Shown here: piece by piece, positions 9,656-19,294 of the stretch
How the letters are laid out: each line of letters opens with the position of its first letter
How positions within the stretch are numbered: position 1 is the stretch's first letter
IMG/VR virus record: IMGVR_UViG_3300012922_000006
Coordinates: 1-64,000 of that record
Reading direction: 5' to 3' (one strand)
Length of the DNA stretch: 64,000 nt
From: a virus
The notes under the pieces: generated by a model
The model's input: only the letters and a program-made list of their open reading frames with translations
Told to the model about the DNA's origin: nothing
Databases searched by the model: none
Translations under genes and position numbers: made by a program

Positions 9656-10257
9656 CGCTGGCTCACCTTGGCGACGATGGTAACCGCGGCCCACGCGACG
9701 CGCAGCCCCGGCGCCCACCCGTACAGCGCGAAGCCGTAGACCGCCTCCGTCGGGATCCGCGCCTCCGCCACCCCGCCGATCGTCCATCCCCCGCGCTCGT
9801 CGGGAGTGCCCAGCGTCTTCATCGCGACCGCGCCCTGCGTGTGCTCCACGGCGACGATGTTCGCGAGACCCTGCGACGGGTCCGCCGCGATCTTCAGCTG
9901 CCCCACCACGCCGGTGTCGGGCATCGCATCCTTCCGCGCCGCGAGCTGGGCGACGCGCTCCATGACCTCGGGGCTCCCGACGAGCCGCGCCGCCCAGTGG
10001 AGGCCCGCGTGGTTCGGCGTCGCGTAGACCGAGAGCGGGCAGTGCATCCGCGGGTGCGGCGAGTCCACCGGGTACCCGGCTCCCCAGCCGCGCCGCATGT
10101 ACCCGCCGACGCCGCAGCGCCTGGCGAGGTCGGGGTCGAAGGGGAGCAGGCACGCGCCCCGCGCGCGGAGCTGGAGGCTCCTCTCCGCGCCCACGACCGA
10201 CCCCTCGTCCCACTCGCCCCTCGGGTCGTCCACGACGATCCAGTACGCGTTCTCCAT
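9652..10257 (-). CDS. hypothetical protein
   Basis: SD AGGAGG and TAGCTT element upstream. Confidence 0.55.
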   Translation of the reverse strand: MENAYWIVVDDPRGEWDEGSVVGAERSLQLRARGACLLPFDPDLARRCGVGGYMRRGWGAGYPVDSPHPRMHCPLSVYATPNHAGLHWAARLVGSPEVMERVAQLAARKDAMPDTGVVGQLKIAADPSQGLANIVAVEHTQGAVAMKTLGTPDERGGWTIGGVAEARIPTEAVYGFALYGWAPGLRVAWAAVTIVAKVSQR

Positions 10258-10289
10258 GACTCGCCTCCTGTCAGGAGGCTGAAGCTACC

Positions 10290-10481
10290 TCACGTGGTCG
10301 GGGTGGGTGGGGCGAAGCAAACGGCAGTGACCTCGTCACCGAGGTGCACGGTCAGCTGGAAGTTCTTCATGCCCTTCGGGACGCGGCACGTGATCTCCAC
10401 GCTGCTGAATCCTTCCTTGTCATCGTCCTCGTCGTTCGTCCGCTCGAACCGCGTGACCTCGACACAACCTGTTTTACTCAT
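10290..10481 (-). CDS. small hypothetical protein
   Basis: ATGA overlap with the thyX stop. Confidence 0.4.
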   Translation of the reverse strand: MSKTGCVEVTRFERTNDEDDDKEGFSSVEITCRVPKGMKNFQLTVHLGDEVTAVCFAPPTPTT

Positions 10482-11377
10482 GCTCCACGTCCCTTCTTGA
10501 GCAGCGCGAAGTCGTGCTCGTTCTCGATCGTCTTTCGCCACTGGCGCCATCCCCAGAAATTACCCACCGGGATACGGCGCTCGATCCACTCGTTCGCCTG
10601 CGCGCGCGCCAACGCCTGCCACTGCGATCGCGTGAGCGACATCGCCGGGTGCTCCGTCGGGCTCATGTGCCCAGCCGGGATCAGGCGCTCCCACGCGCGC
10701 TTCACGTCGCCGACGGGGTCGAGCTGGTTCTCCTGGTCCAGGTACGAGACCGCGGCGCACCGGCCCGCGCTCATCGCGACGAGGTCCTCCTCCTTCCACG
10801 CGAACGCGAACGCGCCGACGTCGTAGCCGGTCACGTACGGCAGGTGCCACTCGCCCGCGGGCACGAGCGTCGGCTCGTTCCTCTCGTACAGCTCGCGCGC
10901 CGCGTGCGCGCTGTCGCGGATCTCGGGCTGCGCCATCACGTGGTCGCGGAGCGCGAAGTAGTTCGACCACTCCGTCGCGGTCGCCACGATCGTGTGCCAG
11001 TCGTAGGCCTCGATGATGCGGTTCGCGAGCATCTTGTGGACCTCGATACCCGCGAGCCCCCGCGCGAAGTTGATGGCGGCGTCCTTCGCGGCGACCCAGA
11101 TAGCGCGCGCCTTCTCACCCACCTCCGCGTCGAGGTCCTCGGTCGCCTGCATGCCCCCTCGGTTCTTGACGAAGCTCCGTGGGATGAACGGGTCGGCCTC
11201 GATGCGCGCGATCTTCTTCGGCACCGGGATCGCGCGCGAGGACGCGCTGTTCTTGGACACCATCTTGTGCGTGTTGAACTCCGCGAGGACGATCCTCGGG
11301 AGCGTGAGCTGGAACGTCGTGAGCCGCGCGCCCGCGGGCGTCACGCTGTCGAGGATGATCTTCGTCTCGTAACCCAT
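10478..11377 (-). CDS. thyX: flavin-dependent thymidylate synthase
   Basis: AEFNTHKMVSKNSASSRAIP (phage-type ThyX motif), AQPEI, H.SP.EH. Confidence 0.85.
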   Translation of the reverse strand: MGYETKIILDSVTPAGARLTTFQLTLPRIVLAEFNTHKMVSKNSASSRAIPVPKKIARIEADPFIPRSFVKNRGGMQATEDLDAEVGEKARAIWVAAKDAAINFARGLAGIEVHKMLANRIIEAYDWHTIVATATEWSNYFALRDHVMAQPEIRDSAHAARELYERNEPTLVPAGEWHLPYVTGYDVGAFAFAWKEEDLVAMSAGRCAAVSYLDQENQLDPVGDVKRAWERLIPAGHMSPTEHPAMSLTRSQWQALARAQANEWIERRIPVGNFWGWRQWRKTIENEHDFALLKKGRGA

Positions 11378-11405
11378 GCGCCACCTCCGACTCGCGGAGA
11401 TGCCG

Positions 11406-12191
11406 CTACGGGACGCCGTACTCCGCCTTCAGGTACCCGAGGAGAGCAGCGAGGTCCGCGGGCACGCCGTCGAGCGCGCGCAGGTACGAGCCGAACTCGG
11501 GCAGCCGCCCCGTGTACGTCTGGAACACGCTCGCCCCGTCCGATCCGGCGCCGGCCGCGTTCACGTCGCCGCCGCCCGGCGCAGGCTGTGTCGCGCTCGC
11601 CGCGGTCGTCGCGGCGGCGACCGGCCCGTCGACGTAGATGCGCCCCGTGTTGTCGGAGGTGCTCCAGCACCCGATGACGACGTGCGGGTTGCCGTCGTTG
11701 ATCGGCGCGTCGCTCCGCGCCTCCGTGAAGTCCGCGGTGAGGTAGCTCGCGATCCCGTCGCCGAGCCCCCCGCTGTAGTTCACCGCGAGGAGGTAGTGGA
11801 ACGCGTTGTACTGCATCCCGTAGATCCGACCCGCGGCGGTGTTCGTCGTCCTCACGACCGCGAAGAGCGTCACGCCAGTCGTCCCGAGGATGGCCGTCGG
11901 CGAGCTGCCCGCGAGCACCGTACTCGCGCCGGAAGACCAGTCCATGTCGGGCTTCCCATTGATGCCGGACGCCACGAACGTCGGCCCGTGGTTCGCCCCG
12001 AACGTCGCGATCGATGGGAGGACTCCCGCACCGGACTGGTCGAGCAGCGATGACAGCTCCGTCCCGTCGGAGACGGGTGCGTGCCCGAGGTCCGCGCGGA
12101 ACCACGACGTGAGCCCCGCGAGCGACGCGGGCGTGAACGCGGACCCCGACGACCGCCTGCCGCCGATGAGCAGTCCCGCACCCGCGGGCAC
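11406..12191 (-). CDS. LamG/concanavalin-like domain virion protein
   Basis: WFRAD...DQSG...PTF..SGING.P...YLKAEYG pattern; GTG overlaps the upstream TAG. Confidence 0.65.
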   Translation of the reverse strand: MPAGAGLLIGGRRSSGSAFTPASLAGLTSWFRADLGHAPVSDGTELSSLLDQSGAGVLPSIATFGANHGPTFVASGINGKPDMDWSSGASTVLAGSSPTAILGTTGVTLFAVVRTTNTAAGRIYGMQYNAFHYLLAVNYSGGLGDGIASYLTADFTEARSDAPINDGNPHVVIGCWSTSDNTGRIYVDGPVAAATTAASATQPAPGGGDVNAAGAGSDGASVFQTYTGRLPEFGSYLRALDGVPADLAALLGYLKAEYGVP

Positions 12192-13012
12192 TAGACCCCC
12201 CGCCCGCTGACCTGGAGCACCCCGGACCAGCGGACGTCGCGCGCCGCCTCGCCCGTCACCACGAGGCGCACGAAGCCCGTCGACGTGTCGATCGTCGCCG
12301 CCCACGTGCCGGCCCCCGCACTCGCCCGCGTGTACGTGACGTCGGTGGTCCCGTCCTGCGTGATCGCGCCGCCTGCCGCGACCTTGAAGAGCGCGGAGAG
12401 GGCGAAGCGCGCGCGGTCCGTCCCGTCGGCCGCCGTCCCGAGCACGATCGCGTCTGCCGCGAGCCCGGCTGGGAACGTGTCGAAGACCGCCTGCGGGTCC
12501 GCGACGGCGACCGCGGTGGCCGCGGCGCCGGGTGTCGCCAACTCGCCGGGGAACGAGTAGACGCGCCCGCGTGGGCCGACCACCCAGAGCCCGTCGACCG
12601 ACGCGAGGTAGGGCTCCTGCCCGGGTGCCCACCCGCGGGCCTGCCCGCCGAAGTTGAGCGCGGGGCCCTGGGCGCCCGCCGGCGGGCGCCACCGACCCGC
12701 CGCGTTCTTCACCGCGAACACGCGCCGGTCGAAGGCCGTCCTGCCCGAGGAGTCGAACGCGTCGAGCCGCGCGAAGTAGGAGTGCTCCACGTCCGGCGTG
12801 AACGTCAGCGTCGGGGTCGGGCCGTCACTGATCACCCCCGTCGGCACCGCGCTCCCCGGGGGGACGTCGAGCATCGTCCACACCCAGCGCGTGACGCCGG
12901 AGTTGCTCACGTTCGACGCGACGACCGGCGCGCCCACCGCCCCGAAGAGCGCCTGCCCGTCCGCGCCCACGAGCACGCCCTGCACGAACTTGATCAGCGC
13001 CGTGACCGCCAT
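12191..13012 (-). CDS. putative virion protein with PKD/Ig-like N-terminus
   Basis: WVWTMLDVPPGSA...TFTPDV.SY..RL motif. Confidence 0.55.
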   Translation of the reverse strand: MAVTALIKFVQGVLVGADGQALFGAVGAPVVASNVSNSGVTRWVWTMLDVPPGSAVPTGVISDGPTPTLTFTPDVEHSYFARLDAFDSSGRTAFDRRVFAVKNAAGRWRPPAGAQGPALNFGGQARGWAPGQEPYLASVDGLWVVGPRGRVYSFPGELATPGAAATAVAVADPQAVFDTFPAGLAADAIVLGTAADGTDRARFALSALFKVAAGGAITQDGTTDVTYTRASAGAGTWAATIDTSTGFVRLVVTGEAARDVRWSGVLQVSGRGV

Positions 13013-13107
13013 GTCCGGAGGCTACCCCACCGGGCCCGTCCTGCGGCACGCCAGGGTCGTACTCGCCGCCCGGGAACAGGGGCAGCGTGCGCCCGCTCAC
13101 GAGACCG

Positions 13108-13129
13108 AGTCGAGGCCCGGGCCTCGACT
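13108..13129. repeat. 22-bp palindrome, copy 3
   Basis: Exact copy; abuts the stop codon at 13130. Confidence 0.98.
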
Positions 13130-14245
13130 TCACCCCTCGGCGCTCCCGGGCTCGCCTACCTGCGGAAAGGGATCCTGAGCAGTCGACTCCACCGGTGCCC
13201 ACTCCTTCGGTGCCGCGAGCATCCGCTTCCCCGCGCGCCCGCGCGTCGCCTTCAGCCGCCTCAGGTGCTCCGGGAACCCCTCCGCCATGACCTGCACCAG
13301 GTTGCCCGACGCGTCCTCGTAGGCAGCGTAGCCGCCCGGGGCGACGTCGCCTGAGTGCGCGAGTGACCCGTCCGAGGAGAACGGACCCTCCGAGTCGAGC
13401 GGGTCCTCCCACGCGGGGAACACGTACGCGCTGAGGTCGACCCTCGCGCCGCCGGGGACCACATGGGTGTCCACGCCCGACTGCACCGGGTCGCAGACCT
13501 CGGCGGCGACCCGCGCGTACCGGTTCCCGTCCGGGCCGACGAGGGGCATCTCCACCCAGAGCGTGCACGCCTGGTCGCGGAGCAGCTCGAGGACCTCGTG
13601 CGAAGTCGCGCCGGCGACGCTGTTCGCGCCGGTGAGCACCCCGCCGCCGTTGTCCTGGATGAACCCAGCGAACACGAACGCGTCGGGTCGCCCCGCGTCG
13701 TCGTCCGAGTGGTACGCGAGCGCGCCGTCCACGTCGGGCTGGTCGACGAGGCTCACGACCCACGACGTGCTCGGGGGCACCGCGCCCGCCGGGTAGAAGG
13801 CCACGACCGGCACCGCGTAACCCCACACCGCGCAGAACTCCGCGAGCTGCATCGAGAGCGCCTCGCAGATCGTCTTCACGTCCGCGTCGCGCACGCGCCC
13901 GTTCGACTCATTCACGACAGCGAACTCGCTCATGGGCATCTCCGGGACGGGTGCGGGTGGTGGCTCACTAGGCAGGGGGTCAGGCACGCCATCGTGTAGC
14001 CCGGGATCCCCGTTGATCGGGCCCAGGACGACGTCGTCGTAGTGCACCTCGGCAGCGTGGTGCACGCGCGTGACAGTCGCCGTCAGCCGCGCGTGCCTCG
14101 ATCCCACGTGCAGCGAGAGCGCCTTCACGTCGTCGAGCATGTGGAGTCCGGTCGACCGCTCCTCGAAGCAGGCGACCCCCTTCCCGGTGACGGGCTTGTC
14201 GTCGTGCGTGAGCGAGACCACGCGCAGGCGCGGGCGGCGACTCAC
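13130..14245 (-). CDS. putative zinc-dependent peptidase-like protein
   Basis: ALAYH...SHEVLE..D...EVCDPV motif; GTGA overlap at the start. Confidence 0.5.
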   Translation of the reverse strand: MSRRPRLRVVSLTHDDKPVTGKGVACFEERSTGLHMLDDVKALSLHVGSRHARLTATVTRVHHAAEVHYDDVVLGPINGDPGLHDGVPDPLPSEPPPAPVPEMPMSEFAVVNESNGRVRDADVKTICEALSMQLAEFCAVWGYAVPVVAFYPAGAVPPSTSWVVSLVDQPDVDGALAYHSDDDAGRPDAFVFAGFIQDNGGGVLTGANSVAGATSHEVLELLRDQACTLWVEMPLVGPDGNRYARVAAEVCDPVQSGVDTHVVPGGARVDLSAYVFPAWEDPLDSEGPFSSDGSLAHSGDVAPGGYAAYEDASGNLVQVMAEGFPEHLRRLKATRGRAGKRMLAAPKEWAPVESTAQDPFPQVGEPGSAEG

Positions 14246-14487
14246 TTGCACCCTGCGACGCGGCCCGCGCGGAGGTCGAAGGCCCTCTTCAGGTCCGTCG
14301 CCGACATGCAGACGTCCTCCTCGACGCCCGAGTCGTGGCGGAGCGTGACCACCGTGCACCTGTCGTCGGTGACGACGAGCTGTGAGGTGGTGAGGGTCGG
14401 TGGCGGGGACGTCGCGCACGCGTGGAGGGTCACGAGGGACGCCGCCGCCAGCATCGCGAGGGTCGCGTAGTCGCTCTGCCTGCTCAT
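14242..14487 (-). CDS. small putative lipoprotein
   Basis: Hydrophobic signal followed by LHA-C lipobox; TAGCCT-N7-ATG. Confidence 0.5.
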   Translation of the reverse strand: MSRQSDYATLAMLAAASLVTLHACATSPPPTLTTSQLVVTDDRCTVVTLRHDSGVEEDVCMSATDLKRAFDLRAGRVAGCK

Positions 14488-14497
14488 GCCCCGGAGG

Positions 14498-14815
14498 CTA
14501 CAGCAGCGACCGACGCAGCTCCAACGACACGTGGACCGGGCGCACGTCGTCGAGCCACGCGCGGACCTCGCTCTTCTTGGCCCACCACGCGACCTCGACG
14601 ACCACGCGGTTCGCGGCCGCGACCCGCACGCCGTCGACCCCGGGCACCGCGAGGTACGCCGCGCGCGACCCGACCGACGGGTGCAGCCAGGACCGCGCAC
14701 GCGTCATCCGGACCACGCGCCGCGACTCCGCGCGCTTGTGCATCGCGTACGCGACGAGCGCGAGCGCGGACAGCACGACTGGTAGCGCTGACAGGGCGAC
14801 CACTGCGTCGTTCAT
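14498..14815 (-). CDS. hypothetical membrane-anchored protein
   Basis: N-terminal hydrophobic helix. Confidence 0.5.
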   Translation of the reverse strand: MNDAVVALSALPVVLSALALVAYAMHKRAESRRVVRMTRARSWLHPSVGSRAAYLAVPGVDGVRVAAANRVVVEVAWWAKKSEVRAWLDDVRPVHVSLELRRSLL

Positions 14816-15035
14816 GCAGCTCCACCATGCCGCAGTCAGCGGAGCGCCGCAGCGACGTCCGCAGCAGACGGCTCGACGTGCTCCTCGATCCCAGAGGATC
14901 CGCGCCGGCGCTTCTTCCGGTCGTACATGGGCAGAGGCGCAAGAAGCCGCGCACCGCGTCCACGAACCGACAGTGCTCCGCGAACGACGCCCAGTCCCCG
15001 TACCGCTTGCTCCGCATGCTGGGCAGGATGCCTCC

Positions 15036-15473
15036 TCACGCGATCGCGAGCGTCGAGTCTGGCACCACCGTGAGCGATCCCGACTCGACAGTGGAGATCC
15101 TCCCAGTCGCGTCCATCAGCTGGACGTCCGCGGAGAGCACGACGGGACCGTCCGGGAAGCCGCGCGTGCGCACCGGGGGACCCGTCACCGAGAACGTCCC
15201 GCTCGCGGCGACCAGGACGGACACGCCCGAGAGCGGTGCCGCGGTCCCCAGCGCGAACACCGCGCGGATGTCCGGGTCCGTCGGGTAGCCCTTCGCCGTG
15301 AACCAGAGCGTGCACCCCGCGAGGTTGAACGGGGCGCTGCCAGGCGGGGGCTGCGTCGGCGGGTTCGTCACCGGCACCGTGAACAGCTGCTTCGTCGCCA
15401 CGTCCTGGAATACCTGGTCGAGGAAGAAGAGCGTGTCGCCCCGCCGCACTTCCCTGTCGAACGGGGTCGTCAT
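15036..15473 (-). CDS. BppU-like/Ig-like virion adaptor protein
   Basis: RGDT...PFNLAG..LWFTAK...DVQL...G.LTV pattern; ATGA overlap. Confidence 0.55.
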   Translation of the reverse strand: MTTPFDREVRRGDTLFFLDQVFQDVATKQLFTVPVTNPPTQPPPGSAPFNLAGCTLWFTAKGYPTDPDIRAVFALGTAAPLSGVSVLVAASGTFSVTGPPVRTRGFPDGPVVLSADVQLMDATGRISTVESGSLTVVPDSTLAIA

Positions 15474-18400
15474 GGGATACCTCCGCGTCGCTTCAGGTTG
15501 TTCGTGACGCGCGCGAGCAGGGCGCCGCTCAGCGCGACGTCGAACACGTACACGAGCGGGCTGAACCCGCTCAGGGGGTGGTCGACGACCCCGTCGTCGC
15601 TGTTGGCGGCGCTGCCCCAGGCCATGTGGTCGCCGGACGCCGCCGCGAACGGCGTGGTCGACGCGGCGGGAGTCCCCACCACACCGTCGACGTAGGTCGT
15701 CGCGACGCTGGACACGGTGGCCAGCGTCGCGACGCACGCGTGCGGGTCGCCGTCGCATACCGGCGCCGCGAGCGCCGCCGTGATGTCCGCGGTGAAGTAC
15801 CCGAGCAGGCCGGTCGCGACCTGCGTGTAGAGCAGCCCGTGGAAGTTGTTGTACTGCATGCCGAACAGGCGCTGCTCGTTCGCGACGACGCTCGTCTGCA
15901 CGAGCGTGCAGACGCTGAGAGCCGCGCCGAGCCCCCACGACGTGGTCCCCGAGTCGGCGAGGCACGAGCCCGGGCTGTTGTTCCACGCGACGCCGGGGAG
16001 CCCGTTCATCCCGCTCGCCGTGAGCGCCGGCTGGTTCGCGCCGGCGAGCTGGTGGAGCACGTTGCCGTTGCCCGTGAGGTCGAGCGCGCTCGCGAGCTTC
16101 CCGCCGCTCGTCGTGTTCTGCAGGGAGCTGTCGTCGAACTGCGCGACGAGGTGGGCGTCGAAGACGTCGAACGAGGCCGCGAGCGTCCCACTCCCGGCAT
16201 TCGGACCAGACGCGTATGTGACGACGACGTCGTACGGGCCGCCCGCGACGAGACCCACCGGGGTCACCGCGCTGATGCTGGTGCCGGAGATGACGCTGAC
16301 CCCGGTGCACGCGGCGCCGGCGATGGTCACCGCGGGCACGCTGCCGGTGTCGAAGTGCGTCCCCCGCAGCCGGAACGTGATCGCGCGACCCGCCTTCACC
16401 GCGTTCGGGAACGCGTCCGTCACGATCGGGTTCGTCGGCGCGCCCGTCACCGTGTACGTGCAGCTCTGGACCACGTGGCCCGCGACGTCGGTGAAGTGGA
16501 AGACCGCGTCCCCGTTCGCGTCGCTACCCGCGGTGAAGGTGGCGTGCTCGCCGGACACGACGACGCTGGACCCCGTCGCGTCGCTGTCGAACACGCACTC
16601 GTAGTCGCCCGCGCCCGACAGCGCGATCGCGCGCGTCTGACCCGACGTCACCGTCGCCGCGTGCGGGAGCGCGTCGCCCGGCCACGTCTGGTCGAGCATC
16701 CACTCCTCGATGACCTGGGCGCCGACGCTGTTGTTGAAGCCGGCGTTGATGCTCCCCGAGCGCGCGTAGACGAGCACGAGTCGACCAGGGACCGGCTCGA
16801 GGACGCCCGCGTAGTACATCCCTCCCCACGTCGGGTCGACGTCGAACTTCGCCACGCTCCACGGGTCGTCCGCGGCGGACCCCGCTGCCCGCCAGAAGAT
16901 CGCGGCCTTCCCGTTGGACCCGAGCTGCCGGACGATGAAGACCTCGCGCCCGCTCGCGAGGATCCGCGCCTGCTGGCCCGAGGACCAGCCGGGAACGTTC
17001 GCGTCGACCGGCGCGCCCCACGTCGCCCCGTGGTCGCCCGCGGGCGAGTGCGCCTGCATCATCGGCGTCGACCCGTTGACCGTCGCGTCCCTGATCATCA
17101 CGCGCATCTCGCCCGCGGCCGTGATCCGCATGCCGGGCTCCGCGTAGAACTTCTCGTCGAGCACGCCGTCCGCGACGAGCACGCGAGTCCACGTCGAACC
17201 AGCGTCCGCCGTCTGGTAGTCCCAGAGCTTCGACCGGTACGGGGGAGTCGCGTCCCCACTCGTCTCGAACGTCTGCACCATCATGTGGAGGTGCCCGAGC
17301 TGGGTCGGGTCCTCGCGCGGCGCCTCGGACACGAACGACTGCACCGGGGTGGCGCCCGGGTCCGCGTTCGCCCACTCGCTCCACGTCTCCGCGCTGTCGG
17401 TGCTCCGGCGCCAGATCGTGAACGGCTGCGTCGTGTTGCCCGCGTCGTACGTGAACGTGACCTGGATGATCGACCCGTCGGACAGCGGCTCGCTCGTCTT
17501 GAGGTCCGAGTAGCGGAGCGCGTCCGTGCTCTGCGTCTCGACCTTCCAGAACGTCCACGTGATCGCGTCGTCCGAGACGTACGCGTCGTTGTGGTCGCTG
17601 GGGATCGGGCCGTCGATCCCCATGTAGACGGTCATGTAGAAGCGCCCGTTCGGGAGGCGGGACGGGTACGGGAACGACGCGCTCTTGGATCGCCCACCGA
17701 GCAGCGTCGGGTCACCCGCGATCAGCGCGATGAGGCGCGTGCTGCTACCCGCCGACAGCTTCGCCTCGGTGGCCATCACCTGGGCGTCCGTCCTCCACGT
17801 CTTGAACAGGGTCCACGCCTTGAAGTCGAACGCGCCACCCCCGATCGCGACCGAGCCCGGCCCGTCGTCGAGGTACGGCTTGTCGATCGCGATCCCCCCT
17901 GCCCAGACGAGCTGCCCGTTGACCCGCACGTCGAGCAGCGTCGCGGTCATCCTGACCGTGAAGACGCACCAGTTCTGCGGGAAGAAGATACCCGGGGCGA
18001 TGAGGCTCGCCGTCACGTCGGTGAACGACGACCCGTCGAACTGCCGGATGACGATGGACCGGCCGAAGAGGCTGACCGCGTCGAGGAGCTGGAGCTGGAC
18101 ACCCTTCCGCGTCCCCGCGTCCGTCGTGTCGAAGAACGTCTGCGACAGGTTCGTCCCGTTCGTCCGGAGGCGGCAGACGACGCAGATCGTGCACTCGCCC
18201 GTCACGAGGTACGGGGCGATGCCAGCGACGGTCGCGAGCCTGTCCGACGACCGCGTGCGGACTGCACGACCCCCGGCGACGTTGTCCACGATGAGCAGGG
18301 GCGACCCCGTCGCCGTCGTCATGGGGGCAGCGGACGAGATCACCCCGTTCGCGTCCGCGACGATCGGGGACGTCTGCGCCGACCACGAGGCCGCGGAGCC

Positions 18401-18640
18401 GTCCGACATGGGTACGACCGCGGACAGGAACAGCTTACTCGCCTCCTCGTCGCTCATGCCCCGCAGCGCGCGGCGCGCCACGACCCTCGCGGCGACGGCG
18501 GCTACCTCGGGCGACTCCGGGACGAGCACCGCCCCGGCCGCGACGAGGCGCGCGGCGTCGATGACGGCGTCGTCGACGAGCTTGCCCACGCGGAGGACCA
18601 CCGACCCGACGCGCACGTCGTTGGCGAGGTACGAGCGCAT
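15470..18640 (-). CDS. large virion adhesin: N-terminal module, LamG, Asp-box (sialidase-like) propeller, IPT/TIG, LamG
   Basis: Asp boxes SDDAITW, STDSAETW, TADAGSTW, GDHGATW; IPT-type G..ITF.GTHF...C..VSV.S.T.I.A.TP. Confidence 0.75.
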   Translation of the reverse strand: MRSYLANDVRVGSVVLRVGKLVDDAVIDAARLVAAGAVLVPESPEVAAVAARVVARRALRGMSDEEASKLFLSAVVPMSDGSAASWSAQTSPIVADANGVISSAAPMTTATGSPLLIVDNVAGGRAVRTRSSDRLATVAGIAPYLVTGECTICVVCRLRTNGTNLSQTFFDTTDAGTRKGVQLQLLDAVSLFGRSIVIRQFDGSSFTDVTASLIAPGIFFPQNWCVFTVRMTATLLDVRVNGQLVWAGGIAIDKPYLDDGPGSVAIGGGAFDFKAWTLFKTWRTDAQVMATEAKLSAGSSTRLIALIAGDPTLLGGRSKSASFPYPSRLPNGRFYMTVYMGIDGPIPSDHNDAYVSDDAITWTFWKVETQSTDALRYSDLKTSEPLSDGSIIQVTFTYDAGNTTQPFTIWRRSTDSAETWSEWANADPGATPVQSFVSEAPREDPTQLGHLHMMVQTFETSGDATPPYRSKLWDYQTADAGSTWTRVLVADGVLDEKFYAEPGMRITAAGEMRVMIRDATVNGSTPMMQAHSPAGDHGATWGAPVDANVPGWSSGQQARILASGREVFIVRQLGSNGKAAIFWRAAGSAADDPWSVAKFDVDPTWGGMYYAGVLEPVPGRLVLVYARSGSINAGFNNSVGAQVIEEWMLDQTWPGDALPHAATVTSGQTRAIALSGAGDYECVFDSDATGSSVVVSGEHATFTAGSDANGDAVFHFTDVAGHVVQSCTYTVTGAPTNPIVTDAFPNAVKAGRAITFRLRGTHFDTGSVPAVTIAGAACTGVSVISGTSISAVTPVGLVAGGPYDVVVTYASGPNAGSGTLAASFDVFDAHLVAQFDDSSLQNTTSGGKLASALDLTGNGNVLHQLAGANQPALTASGMNGLPGVAWNNSPGSCLADSGTTSWGLGAALSVCTLVQTSVVANEQRLFGMQYNNFHGLLYTQVATGLLGYFTADITAALAAPVCDGDPHACVATLATVSSVATTYVDGVVGTPAASTTPFAAASGDHMAWGSAANSDDGVVDHPLSGFSPLVYVFDVALSGALLARVTNNLKRRGGIP

Positions 18641-18888
18641 TAGGCGTTCGCCACCGCGATGGTCGACAGCATGAGAGCCTCCGCCTCGGCCTCGCTGATC
18701 CCGCGCCGCGCGCGCTCGCGCGTGATGCGGTCGGCGACGGCGTCTACGCTCGCCGTCCCCACGGGGAACAGCACCGCGCCCGCGGCCTGGAGCAGGGGGA
18801 CGTCGTCCACGGCGTCGTCGACGAGCCTCCCGACGGAGAGCAGGTAGGGACCGACGCGGAGCTGGTTCGCGAGGTGGAACTGAGCCAT
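18640..18888 (-). CDS. small protein made only of the shared virion N-terminal module
   Basis: Clear paralogy to the N-termini of 15470-18640 and 33318-34076. Confidence 0.65.
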   Translation of the reverse strand: MAQFHLANQLRVGPYLLSVGRLVDDAVDDVPLLQAAGAVLFPVGTASVDAVADRITRERARRGISEAEAEALMLSTIAVANA

Positions 18889-18910
18889 GCGCGGAGGATA
18901 GCCCGAACCA

Positions 18911-18932
18911 AGTCGAGGCCCGGGCCTCGACT
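18911..18932. repeat. 22-bp palindrome, copy 4
   Basis: Exact copy; overlaps the TGA at 18932. Confidence 0.98.
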
Positions 18933-19258
18933 CAGTCGTCGTCCCTGCGGGGGTCCCTCCTCGGGACCGGGCGCGTCACGACCTCCGGCGACGGCCTGGG
19001 CTCGGGGACCGTCACCCCGAAGTCCACCGAGTGCTCGCCGCTCTCGCGCTTCCGCAGGTCCGGGGGCACGAACTCGTCGGGGTCGCCCGCCTCGACCTTC
19101 CGCGCGACGTCGCGCAGCGTGCGCGCCCTGTCGCGGTGGAACGAGACGACGACGACCGTGTCGCCCTCCCGGTCGCGGTGCGCCGCGGTCTCGTCCTCGT
19201 CGCGCGCCTCGTCGAGGAGCCACTCCACGAGGCGCTTCCGGTCGACGCGTGCGTCCAT
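18932..19258 (-). CDS. hypothetical protein
   Basis: TACACT-N7-ATG. Confidence 0.55.
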   Translation of the reverse strand: MDARVDRKRLVEWLLDEARDEDETAAHRDREGDTVVVVSFHRDRARTLRDVARKVEAGDPDEFVPPDLRKRESGEHSVDFGVTVPEPRPSPEVVTRPVPRRDPRRDDD

Positions 19259-19294
19259 GCACCGCAGTGTAGGTTCACCGCCGCGCGAGCGCGA

